64,000 nt of DNA from Haliotis cracherodii (taxonomy: Eukaryota). Every line of letters begins with the position of its first letter. Positions within the stretch are counted from its first letter, which is position 1. The notes beneath the pieces are model-generated. The model saw nothing but the letters and a program-made list of their open reading frames with translations, was not told the DNA's origin and did not search any database. Below are positions 1 to 13,500 of this stretch, one piece after another. The position numbers and the translations under genes are program-made. The stretch lies in contig NW_027266286.1 of assembly GCF_022045235.1 (NCBI RefSeq), positions 59,830,001-59,894,000 on the forward strand. The letters run 5' to 3'.

Positions 1-1459
1 GTTTATATAGCAGTCCTTGCAGACGGTAGCCCAGTCTCTGGTCACGCTCAGTTGCGTTGCGTATCATCCGGGTACTCACGGGGGAAAAAAAACAATAACA
101 AGGCAACAACCAGTCCGGGGAATTGCGTTAGATCAGTGCCCCTTTAAACCAAACTCACTCACTAAAATCACTTTGTGAAGCCCAGACCAACAGCAGTGTA
201 AGATCTGTAGAGTGTTTTAATACAACTGGTAGGATTATGACAAATGGTGGCATTTAGACAGTGCCGTACTGATCTTTGTCAGTATTCAATATTGTTGAAT
301 CAGCACATTTAGTTTTGAACCCCTGAAGTGTGAAAGCTGATTTTACCTAGCCAATTGACTACACTTGCTTCAACATGCCAGATTTATTTCAAGATGAAAT
401 ATTTTATTTACCCCAATATTATTTTTAAAATTCATTTTGATCTTCACACTCATTTAATATTTCAGCTTAATCCTGCTCACCCATCCCAAATACCTAACAT
501 GACATGACTTCGTGGCTTCATGGAATCTTTACACTTCATTGACTTTAGATTTGTGGAAAGCCTCCGAGATAAAGGCCATGATATTGGCATGCACTACTGG
601 TAAACAAATTTCAGATGAACCGCAGCTTCACCATTTGACCAGAGTGTGGAATAGTTTCAAAATATTGCAGGCCAATTAGGCCAGCTAGCCGTAAAAATTA
701 GCTGACAGTTTCAGATTTCACCAAAAATTTTCTCCTGCAATGGTATCTATGAAGTAAGCCCAAATTGCAAATCATGAGTCAAATATTATGAAGGGGGCTA
801 AACTTGATACATTATAAATAATTTTTTTATGTTGTAGTTTTGATGGATGTATTGATCTTCAGAAACAGAAGAACATTTGTGTATATTTGGATAATGGAAA
901 AGTGTGCATAAAAAACATCACTGTAAATATCTCTGTAGCTTGTCAGGCTAGGGAAAATTCAGAATCGTCGGCACAACCGATATTTTGCTTACCACAGGCA
1001 GCTATTTCGCACATTGCACTTAACCTTAATGAAAGTGAGGAAACTGAGGAATTCTTTCAAAAAGAAGGGAGTCACATTGCAAATAAGATGCTTTAAGATT
1101 ACGAGCAAGTCATGCAATATTCTGGGACTCTTAGGGTAGTTAGGACTGGCCTTCTGTCCAGGTTCATGTCCATTGATCTTGTGTTGTGCAGGTGTTTCTA
1201 GACTTTTATCCAGTAGTATTCTGATTATTTAGCAAATACTTTGGTACAGACATAAAAGGTCCTTGTTGATCTTACTCTTGATTATTCCTTGATAATAGAT
1301 CAATGAATGCATGCTGCTGCAAAATCTTAGGACACAACTGAGTAAAATATGTTTCATTTGATTTGTTAATATTTGTTCAAAGGTTGATATTTTTGTGAAA
1401 GCTAAATTCTGTTATGATATACCAAGTGTGTAATCACCCATATATGACATATGTTTCAG

Positions 1460-1578
1460 TCATAGAACCAGTCACAGCCCAGGCTAGGCTGATCATCAGC
1501 ACCGAAAACAATTCCCTGCCAAAGGTGTTTGCAGACTTCACCCTGGAGGAGATAGAGGTCCTCTTGTCCAGGCAGCAG
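1460..1578 (+). CDS. VPS13: VPS13 exon w1
   Basis: tttcag|..IEPVTAQARLIISTENNSLPKVFADFTLEEIEVLLSRQQ|gtgaga. Confidence 0.9.
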
Positions 1579-4500
1579 GTGAGATGATGCATCAGAGGAG
1601 TGAGTGAATGAGTGTTTGTAGACTTCATCCTGGTGGAGATAGAGGTCCTTCTGTCCTCCTGTTGGTGCAGACTTCACCCTGGAGGAGATAGAGGTCCTTC
1701 TGTCCTCCTGTTGGTGCAGACTTCATCCTGGAGGAGATAGAGGTCCTTCTGTCCTCCTGTTGGTGCAGACTTCACCCTGGAGGAGTTAGAGGTCCTCCTG
1801 TCCTTCTGTTGGTGTAGACTTCATCCTGGAGGAGTTAGAGGTCCTCCTGTCCTCCAGTTGGAGCAGATTTCACCCTGGAGGAGTTAGAGGTCCTCCTGTC
1901 CTTCTATGGTGCAGACTTCACCCTGGAGGAGTTAAAAGTCCTCCTGTCTTCAAGTTGGTGCAGATTTCACCCTGAAGGAGTTAGAGGTCTTCCTGTCCTC
2001 CAGTTGGTGCAGACTTCACTCGGGAGGAGTTAGAGGTCCTCCTGTCCACCTGTTGGTATAGACTTCACCCTGGAGGAGTTAGAGGTCCTCCTGTTGGTGC
2101 AGACTTCACCCTGGAGGAGTTAGAGGTCCTCCTGTCCTTCTATGGTGCAGACTTCACCCTGAAGGAGTTAGAGGTCTTCCTGTCCTCCAGTTGGTGCAGA
2201 CTTCACCCTGGAGGAGTAAGAGGTCCTCTTGTCCTTCTGTTGGTGTAGACTTCACCCTGGAGGAGCTAGAGGTCCTCCTGTCCTCCAGTTGGTGCAGATT
2301 TCACCCTGAAGGAGTTAGAGGTCTTCCTGTCCTCCAGTTGGTGTAGACTTCACTCTGGAGGAGTTAGAGGTCCTCCTGTCCACCTGTTGGTGTAGACTTC
2401 ACCCTGGAGGAGTTAGAGGTCCTCCTGTCCTTCTGTTGCAGACTTCACCCTGGAGGAGTTAGATGTCCCCTGTCCACCTGTTGGTGTAGACTTCACCCTG
2501 GAGCAGTTCGAGGTCCTCCTGTCCACCTGTTGGTGCAGACTTAGCTCTGGAGGAGACAGAGGTCTTCCTGTACAGACAGGGGGCTTGAATAATGTTTAAT
2601 GCTTGCTCAATCATCCAGGTCGTCACAGTAACTGCAGTATCAGGATCACAGTGGGGAGTCTGCACATCCTACTGTGGCCACTTCATCCCCACTGGACTAC
2701 TGTAATGACAAGCAAACGAACATAAAGATGTATTATATCCTGGAATTCATGAAGTGATATGACTTTAGGAAACACAGGATTTGTGATCTTTGAGAAATAG
2801 TTTTAGTAAAGGTAATTTACACATTCATGGTTAAATACATTGCCAACTATCACTGTTTGTCACAACCAGATGTTGGTTTTGAGTCTGACAAGAAGGCTGT
2901 TATTATTGCTGGAGCATTATCCTCTGCACTCAAACCTCACTGGTTAATATGTAACTTTTTTCAGTTCCTGAATCTGTTGACACTGAGTGAGTCTTTCCAA
3001 CTTATGAGCATCAACCAGCGGTACAGGAAGTACCACCCTAACATCCCTCTCAAGGTCAGCCCAAGGTCATGGTGGCATTATGCCAACACAGCCATCTTGG
3101 AGGAGATGATCCGTCCCTACTCCTGGGAGAGAATTAAAGAACACAGGTACATAGTTGAATACTCTCTTGCTGATAGGTACTGTCAAATATGTGATGTAAA
3201 GGAAAATAATATTTGAAATAATGCTTTCCTCATATTGATGGAGTATATGCTTGCTATTTGTGCAGGAACCAATACCGGAAGTATAAGGACCTTTACAAGC
3301 GGAGCCTAGAACGACCAGACCATGAGTCCATTCGGAGTAAGATGTGGGAGCTGGAGGAAAATCTGGATGTATCCAACATACTGCTGGCCAGAGAACATTC
3401 CAAGGTGGAGGTGAGTGTACACACTGCTGGCAACAGAACATGCCAAGGTGGAAATGAATGTACACACTGCTGGCCAGAGAACATGCCAAGGTGGAAGTGG
3501 GTGTATTTTCTGCTGGCCAGAGAACATGCCAAGGTGGATTTGAGTGTATACACTGGTGGCAACAGAACATGCCAAGGTGTAGCTGAGTGTACACACTGCT
3601 GGCCAGAGAACATGCCAAGGTGAAGGTGAGTGTACACACTGCTGGCAACAGAACATGCCAAGGTGAAGGTGAGTGTATTCACTGCCTGCCAGAGAGATCA
3701 TGCCAAAGTGGAGGTTAGTGGACATTCTACATGCTTGAGAGGGGTGCATATTGTTCTGCAATGACCATGTTAAGCATAGCAAATACCAGTGGTGTTGTTC
3801 CATCACATTTCGTTGTTTTCCCTTGGCTGACAACACAACTAGATTGAGTAGACAATATTTAACTGCCAAAGACATATAAGGAGCATGTTCCAATCAGTAC
3901 AAAGACTGTATTTTGTTACGCCTTAAGGCTGTGTCACTATACATCAGTTTATCAACCTGTTTGTATATATCACTTCTGAGTCTCTCTTATTTTTTTAGTT
4001 TGCCCGTGAGGCCCCTGAACGAGCCAAGCATCGACCAAAGAAAGAAAAGAAGGGCTGGTTTAGTTCATGGTTTGGTAGCAGTGAAGATGTGGATGACTTT
4101 GAAATAACTGGAAAGGAGACACGTGAGTTTGTTTTTATTTTGAATCAGATACAAGTTCACTTATTCTGTTTTTGTAATTCATCAAATTTTAGTATTGATA
4201 TTCCAATTTATCATTCCAAACTGGCTTCCAAGGCAGTATCACTGCAATATGAAATTGCATCACAATGCTTTGCAGACCATTGTGATGTCAGCGTTTTATA
4301 TGACATCACAATCAAATGACATCATTAATCTCTCTGCCACGGAAGCTTGTTGTCTGTACTTTTTACACATAAGTCACTGCTTGTTACTGTTTACAAATTG
4401 TAATTGTTGGAAAGAATGATTTTTGATGATAATTAGAATTTTACCCTTGTGTGTTTTGATATCAAATATATCAACACTTGTCGATAAAAGTTTAATACTC

Positions 4501-7500
4501 TTCAACAAGCTATGGAGTTTTAAACTACAGTTGTTCCTCACAATAACACCCTTCTCGATACCGCGGATTCGGTTAAACCTTGGGGATAATGACTGGCTCC
4601 CATAAATTTATCAACAAGTGTTGATGTACTTGATGTCAAAGCACATGTGGGTAACAATTTAAGACTGGGGCAGTATATTGAAGAATTGAGAATTGGGTGA
4701 TATGGTGTATAACCCTTGTAACTCCCTGACAGAGGACTGGCTGGACAAACTGAGCAATGAGGAGAAGGAGAAACTGTATGATGGCATCGGCTACGACATC
4801 AACGCCAATACCCAGACATATGCCCCAGAGGTGAGTGGGTGCAGTGAGTCAGTGTGGCATGAACAATCCTGTTCCTACAGCTACAAGTATTAGATTGGCC
4901 AGTAGTCCCTTATATGTTACACAGTAAGGGTAGAGAATAGGTCTTTAGCAACCCATGCTTGCCGTAACAGGCGACTAACAAGATGGGGTGGGCAGGTTGC
5001 ATGTCATCATATCCCAATTGTGTAGACCGATGCTCAGGATGTAAATCACTGGATTGTCATGTCCTGACTTACAGCCTGATGTCATATAGCTGGAATATTC
5101 TGAGTGCGGCATTGGACAACAAACACACTGACAAACAAATGTTACACATGATGCCTCATTTCAGTTCCACTCATCAGTTTTATGTGTAAGGGCAATTCTT
5201 TGTCTCCTCTTCAGTGTTGTCTTGCAGTGTTGCTAGATTATATGAAAACCTCAATGGTTACTTGTTGAAGGCAGAATAAGTCTTTAGTACCCCATTAATG
5301 TTGTAAGAGAACAGTTCAGTACCAGATCATGTCATGACAATCCAGGGATTTACATCCTGAGCATCGGTCTACATCTGTCGTACATAAACATCTGTCGTAC
5401 ATAAACATTTCAGGCAGTCAGCACAAACCACGAAATTTATCTCAATTTATTTCAACTCTGTTTTTTTCACCAAAATTATATTCTAATAAGAGCCCCCAAT
5501 TTCCAATTTTGAGAGCGCCCTGGGCGCTTATTACGTCGAATACGGTAGCTAGAATATTGACCAAGGTCAGATATGAGTGGACTGCTGTTGACTGGTGTAA
5601 CACAACATTGGGTGAGTCCAGGTCTTGTCAGTGTCCTCTCTCTTCCAGTATGTGAAGCACAAGGTGCAGGTGATCCTGAAGAGCTGCTGCGTGTCCCTTG
5701 TCAACTACAGCAAGAAGATCCTGCAGGTGTCTGTCACTCACCTCCTGGCCACCTGGGAGGACCGACCCGCCACCGGTGCCTTCAGGTGGGTCAGCGGGAC
5801 ACCATTCCTGGCAGTCTTGGAGATAATCATTTACAGGAATTCACAGTTGGTGTCTAGTTACATGATTGATGCAGAGTACCAGACATTAACTATTTACGTA
5901 TTGACTCGCAGAAGATGCAGCTGATGTTTGGCTGAATATTATCATGGCAGATAATCTGCCATTTTCAACTGTATGACATAACAAAGGCCGGAAAGAATGG
6001 TTACCCAGATAAAAAAATCTTGTACATTCACCACTATAAAGGGGAGTTGAGGTAGCCTGATAAAAAAATCTTGTACATTCACCACTATAAAGGGGAGTTG
6101 AGGTAGCCTGATAAAAAAATCTTGTACATTCACCACTATAAAGGGGAGTTGAGGTAGCCTGATAAAAAAATCTTGTACATTCACCACTATAAAGGGGAGT
6201 TGAGGTAGCCTGATAAAAAAATCTTGTACATGCACCACTATAAAGGGGAGTTGAGGTAGCCTGATAAAAAAATCTTGTACATTCACCACTATAAAGGGGA
6301 GTTGAGGTAGCCTAATGGTTGAAGTTTTGGCTCTTCTCACCTTAACCTTGGGTTTGATTCCCTACATGCTACAATCTGTGGAGCCAGTTCTTGGTGCGCC
6401 CTGCATTGCTATGGCTGGAACATTGCTAAAATGGCGTAAAACCGAACTCACCCTCTCAATCACTGTTGCACAATATTGTGAAACTCATGGTGACATAGGA
6501 TGTCTTGTGAAACAGTGAATTCATTTAATAGGTACAGTTTTCATTAAAAAGTGTCTATTCCAAAACTTGCTTACAACCAGGCAGAATCCACAGAGGATAT
6601 TTTTTTGTTCTGTCTTGATCCACTCAACACGAAAATAAATACATGATACTTTTGTGTATGCCACTGTCAAAGTATCTGTTTAATCAATTTGCTGTTTGGT
6701 GTACATGTCAGCTGCTTCAACGTATAATGGATAGCTGTCAGTGCTGTAAATCCAATAACCTTGGTATCACGATCTGATAAATATGGAAATGAGGTAGCCT
6801 AGCAGGAACTACTTTTAATGAGCTCCATGCCTCAATGCAATGTGGCTGCTTGCTAAATAAACTGTTACCAACACCCCCAATAAGTTTAGGTTCTTTTCGA
6901 TGTGTGGATGTTTTTCTACACAAACATGTCTTCATAACAGAAACATACTCGGCTAATAACGTCTGTGTCTGTGTTTCAGGATCTCCTCCAACACAGAGAG
7001 TTTCTCAATCGAGGGGGCTTCCATTGAACACGAGCTCATCCCCATCCTCACCTCCGACATCGGAGTCTATGGTGCGTTCACGTCCTTGTACCAGCCAAAA
7101 AGATTCCTATCAAGTAGTAATGATAATCTGATCATTGTGATAACAGTACAACTAAAGATCAATAGATTGATCAGGGTTTCATAAGATAGATCTTGTTTTG
7201 AGTGTATGTGAGAAAGGTTAGATCATTATTTCCCCCCGCCACAATGTGGAAAGAGGATAAAGGAATAGGTGCTGTCCGCCCGTCACGTTTTGTTTCTGGA
7301 GCAGAACCCCCAAACCATGAGAGATATCTTAACTAAACTTGGCACATAGATAGGTCTCCTGGCGAACTGGTGCCTTTTGAAAGTTTGTGAATTTTTTAAA
7401 TTTATTTTTCGAGTTTCCACAGCAACGACTTTGACTTAGTCTGAAAATGGCAGTAGTGCTTGTTTCCAGAGCAGTTCTTGAAGAGCGTACAATATTACTT

Positions 7501-10500
7501 GCCCTGCAACCGGACATGTCATATTGGCGGGGGATATGAGAATTTCATGCTTTTTGTACCCTTTATGTCAATAAAACTTTTATCAGCAATACTTGTGTCC
7601 CCAGCCCCCTCAGTGAACCAGGTGTGCACGTTGGACTTCGAGGTGAAGCCGCTCTATGTGGATGCAGACTACTCCCTCAGTCTCAACATTCAGCCAGTTG
7701 AGATTGTTTATGATGAGGTGAGAAGTTCCTGAGTGTCATGAGTCTTCCATGTTAATTCCTATTTTATGAATCTAACCGACATTGGGCAGTTGTTTGTTTC
7801 AAGTGGGTACTTCGTGAGTTTTTTGGTATTAAGGCACATAGCCTATGGAATTCTGTCTTAGAATAGGCCCCTAGAAACCTAGGCTGTTCATAACAGGCGA
7901 CCAGATCGATTGGTGGTCTGGCTCAATGACTTGGTTGATTGACTTGGTTGATAACGTGTCTTCATTTCCCAAAGGCATGGTTTGTTGCTCACAATATCAC
8001 TTGATTGTCTGGTTCGGACTTGATTATTTACACGCCTCCATCACATAGATGGAATGTTCCCGAGTGTGGCGTTAAACAACAGACTCACACTTATCAAGGT
8101 ATATATTTGTGTCAGATTTAATGCAGCATGACATTCATTTTCAGCACTCTATCTTGGAGGTCACAATGTTCTTCAATACACATATTAAAGTATATTTTTG
8201 TGTCAGTTTGATGCAGTGTAACATACATTTCCAGCACTCTATCTCGGAGGTCACAGCTTTCTTCAACGTCCCCCATGGAGGGGTGGACATGAGGTCTGCT
8301 GCCATGGTGACGCTGCAGGAAGTAGCCAAGTACAGCCGGGCAGGGCTGCAGTATGCCATAGAACAGCACAAGGTATATAGAGATAATATGTCCGTACAAA
8401 TGATTGCAAGTAATTCCATGTCATTTTATTGGGTAACAAAGCAAAATGTTCTGCATTTATGTTTCCATAAACTGAAAAAAAAATATCCACACCTTCTAAC
8501 TGACTACTGTTTCCTGATTGGCTGATAATAGTTGGGCGGGGCTTGTGCTGCGTCATTGTACTGAACAGTGTCACTGATTTCCTATCTATAAAAATAATTG
8601 TGTTAATGATTAAATATGCAGTCTGTGAAGTTATTATTGTTGACATATATATTTATAAGATTCGACTTCAATATGTTTTTACATTAATAGAGGTATAAAT
8701 GTTAAAAAACTGTGTGCACACACATTTCAATTTTTTTATTTTCTCGTTTTTTATACCTCCATAATCTAAAAAAATATTGATCCATGAAAATCCGGGTTGG
8801 AATAGGTCTTCAGCAACCCATGTTGTCGTAAAAGGCACCTAACCTTGTCGTAAGAGGCGACTAATGGGATCGGATGGTCAGACTCACTGACTTGGTTGAA
8901 GCATGTCATCATATCCCAATTGTGTAGATCGATGCCTTGTACAGACTTGATTATTTACAGACCGCAGTCATATAGCTGTAATATTGCTGAGTGTGGAGTT
9001 GCACTCAATTCTTAAATGTACTGAACAAATAGTAAACCATGGTCAGGCTGAAATGTCATTGCCGCTATCACTTACCAAGTTTGTGTCTATTCATCAGCTG
9101 ATGAAGGTTTTTCATGTTGGTTTGTGTGTATTGATTTTCATGACAATAATATCTTCGTATGCATTCATCAACTGCATGTTCTTATGTCTGTTAAGCCACA
9201 CATGAATGAACTTTCTCTAACTTTCTACTCCAGTGTACAATTGTGTTGTGTTTCAGACAGTGCATGTCGCCCTGAACATGAGATCTCCGTACATCGTGGT
9301 GCCCGAGTTTGGTACATTGCACAGGTAAAACATTCCCAGGTTGTATGGAGGGCTTCATAGTCACCTGAATGTGACCTTACACCACACAGGGGTCGGGGTG
9401 GAGTCCAGGGTAGAATAGGTACGCTTGTCATATAAGCAACTAAATGGATTGGGTGGTGACTTAGTTGATTGTGTGTCATCGTATCTGAACATCTTGGACC
9501 AGTGGTCATATTGATCATTAAATCATTGATTTGTCTGGTCCAGACTGGATTATTTACAGGCGTTAAGGAACAAACCAATCTCATTAAAATCAGATTTTAG
9601 TTCTCGCTTTCGTGGAACAAAGATCTGAGGACATCCCATTACAGGTCCCGTCAGAACAACCTTTCCGACCAATCAGAGTTCTCAGACTCAGTTCAGTCTC
9701 ATTTCTGTGTGATCTTATATCTGGGAGACTTCCATAGATTAGCCTTGTTTACCAGTCCAGTGACTACTTAATTGTAGGAACAGTGCCAGTTTCTCAAGCT
9801 GGTGAAAGGGTGTCTGTATAGACGACATTTACAATGGTTTCATTCCATCAATCCGTATACTCTGTACAGGGTTCTTTTTAAACTGACCTCAGCTTTATGG
9901 TATTCATGTTAAGATACATACTCGTCAAGACGTCTCTTCTCTCTTCTGAAGAAAAATCAAGTTTCATCATGGAGTATTTAAATCTGGAAAAAACCTAATT
10001 CTGGAACTCATGAGACTTAACGTTATAAGGGCCCCATGACATGTATTCTTAATTTAAAAAATGTTTTCCTTTTTCAGAGGAGGAAATGTTTTGATAGCTG
10101 ATTTTGGAACACTGCGTATAGAAAGTGAATTACAGCCAAAAGATGTCTCCCTTGAAGTAAGTGTTACACAACCTACATAGTTAGTGGCTCTTGCCCAATG
10201 GAATATGGCCATTTCAGCACATGGAGTATATTTTTATACCAGTAACTGTAGTACAGACTCAACATTGAAAGAACTGTGTGGTCCATATGCAGATCATGAT
10301 GTTGTGATTAGATTTAAATTAGAGAACTCATGATGATATCTTATAGTAATGCTCAGCTTCCCATTGTTCTCAGAAGCAGTAGGTAGAGGGGTTTACGGCC
10401 ACAAGCCTTCTATCTATTACAAAGATTAACAATCAACAAAATTTTAATCTTTTGTTACAATCAGGGCAAAATTAAGATTCAAACATATATTCAGCTGATC

Positions 10501-13500
10501 CTGGCATGGCTAAAGGACACAACTCTGCACACAGGTTGACACCATTGGTCATATCCAACTAATATTCATGCACATTTTGGACTAGTGTTTTCTGTAAAAT
10601 CACTAGATTTATTAAGAAACTGGATTTTCACTAATAGGCTAACATACTAGTGGCCATGTCTATCCCAGTGCACAGAGATTACCTTATGCAGTCATTGATA
10701 TGTATACGTGTGTTTGCAGGATGCGACGATGTCGGAGATTGAGTCCCGCCTGTATGACCAGTTTAACATCACAGTGAGCGACGTCAAGGTGCTGCTGGCA
10801 GACTCAGGTGAGGAAGGTCAAGGTCGAAGTGACCTCTTGTTTTAACTATGTACTGCATTGCACAAAATGAGTAATTTGAAGAACCAAAGGGCTAAGGATA
10901 CAAAAAGAAAGACCATTTCATATGCATGTTATGAATATCTGTCAGTGTTAATTTTTATTACATGATGTATTTCAATTTCTAAGCTTACAAATATTTGCTT
11001 ACAAATTAATGTCTAGCAGAGGGACATGTTTAATTTAGAAAAAATTTGGTGAAACTTGACATAAGTAAAAATAAAACTTTGTGAAGATAATTACTAGGAT
11101 TACCATGGTTACTGTGTTATGAAATTATTAATATTATAATTGCACCAAATATATACATTTGTGTCAGTTTTGGAAGGGGGGTTGAATTGAGACATGCATG
11201 TATGGAAGCTGTGAGCTATTGTGCCTCCAGGTGATGACTGGCACACAGCGCAGACCCAGCCCGACTCGGACTACCACATCCTTCCCAGCGTGCAGGTGGT
11301 TGTGGCGTTCTTCAATGCTGTCCGCAGAGACTACAAGCAACTGCCACAGTGAGTCGTTCATCACCTGCCCCCACCATCAACAACATATCACAGTCACGGT
11401 TACTGTTGACACCAGGGTCCATTTCCACACAGCGACCTTAGAGCTGTCGCCACAGACTTAGGATAGTCAGAGTGCTAAGGTCGTAATGTGGAAATGAGGC
11501 CAGAGAGTTTAAAGTATTTAAAACATGGGCCCTATTTGTTCATTCCATTCTAGAATCCCTCCACTGTGATATTACTCAATAAAGTACGGGAAAAAACAAT
11601 TGCTGCTACTCACTGCCTCAGCCCTGCGTTACATTGAACTGTCCTCAATGCAGTGTTAAACCCAAACTCACTCACTCACTCTTCAGGCAGAAGCTTGTTG
11701 CCAGTCTGCCGACCATGAAACTGAACATCTCAGACAAGCGCCTGCTGCTGCTCATGTCCTTCTTCCGCAACTTCCCTATCCCCGCCAGCACCAGCATGGC
11801 CACCCTCGGCGAGGACATGGTCGACAGCTGCATCATCATCCAGCCCGCTGTGCCCCTGGTGAGTACATGCTCCTGCAGTGGAGGAAGGTATCTCATCTCT
11901 GTACCTGCAGTTGTGCATGGCGCTCACAGATCATGTAGATGTAGTGCTGACTGATCCTGGCAGAGTGTTGATTGACTGATTCTGGGAGGGTGTTGATTGA
12001 CTGATCCCGGGAGAGTGTTGATTGACTGATCCTATGAGAATGTTGGTTGACTGATCCTTTGAGAATGTTGATTGACTGATCCTGGGAGAGCGTTGATTGA
12101 CTGATCCTGGCAGCGTGTTGATTGACTGATTCTGGGAGGGTGTTGATTGACTGAGCCTAGGAGAATGTTGATTGACTGATCCCGGGAGAGCATTGATTGA
12201 CTGATCCTGGAAATGTTGATTGACTGATCCTTTGAGAGTGTTGATTGACTGATCCTGAGGAGTGTTGATCGACTGGTCCAGGGAGAGCACTGATTGGCTG
12301 ATCCTGTGAGAATGTTGGTTGACTGATCCTTTGAGAGTGTTGATTGACTGATCCAGGGAGAGGGTTGATTGACTGATCCTGGCAGGGCATTGATTGACTG
12401 AGCCTTGGAGAGTGTTGATTGACTGATCCTTTGAGAGTGTTGATTGACTGATTCTGGCAGGGTGTTGATTGACTGAGCCTTGGAGAGCGATGATTGACTG
12501 ATCCAGGGAGAGCGTTGATTGACTGATCCAGGCAGGGTGTTGACTGACCGATCCAGGGAGAGCGATGATTGACTGATCCTGGGAGAGTGTTGATTGAATG
12601 ATCCTGGGAGAGTGTTGATTGACTGATCCAGGGAGAGTGTTGATTGACTGATCCAGGGAGAGTGTTGATTGACTGATCCTGGGAGAGTGTTGATTGAATG
12701 ATCCTGGGAGGGTGTTGATTGACTGATCCTGGGAGAGTGTTGATTGACTGATCCAGGGAGAGCATTGATTGGCTGATCCTGGGAGAGTGTTGATTGACTG
12801 ATCCTGGCAGGGTGTTGATTGACTGATCCAGGGAGATCGTTGATTGACTGATCCAGGGAGAGTGTTGATTGACTGATCCTTGGACAGTGTTGATAGACTG
12901 ATTCTTTAAGTGTTAATTGACTGAACCTTGTAGTGTTGATTGACTGAATCTCGGAGTGTTGATTGACTGAACCTTGTAGTGTTGATTGACTGATTCTGGG
13001 AGTGTTGATTGACTGATCCTAGGACCGTTGATTGACTGATTCTTTGAGTGTTGATTGACTGAATCCTTGAGTGTTGATTGACTGATTCTGGGAGAGCGTT
13101 GATTGACAAATCATGGCAGAGTGTTGATTGACTGAAAGTTTCATTGAAATCATGAAAGTTTGTTGCTTCTGCATAGTATAGTATTGTTTAAGTCAGAGAT
13201 CAATCACTCAAATCTGTAGATTCTACTTCCTATATCAACACATTCAAGTGATTTACATCCTTGTTTACAAATCGCTCAACAAAATCAGCTGGGTCTACAC
13301 CAAGACGACTTTTGTGATGTCTGCAAGGATGGCTGTAGGAGTTAGCCTTTTCAGTTAGAGATACTTGATGACTGCATGGTAGCCAATTTTGTTGGTTTTC
13401 CTCAACAGAGAATGCTTAGTCTCTATGATGCTTGCAGATATAGAAATATGCTTCCTCATTGTGTATTTGGTTCAAATGCAGCCTGTGAGCATGGATAGAG

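Noticed and set aside
1-165. Possible retroposon 3' end at the window start (ends aaaccaaactcactcact)
   Set aside because: Truncated by the window edge and has no second copy here, so it cannot be classified.
3067-3893. Three overlapping minus-strand ORFs (129-195 aa)
   Set aside because: Antisense to exons w2-w3 and the 43-bp repeat; no independent gene evidence.
5942-6340. 132-aa minus-strand repeat ORF
   Set aside because: Translation of the 51-bp tandem repeat.
11931-13109. SVNQH/QSIN repeat ORFs on the minus strand
   Set aside because: Minisatellite translation.
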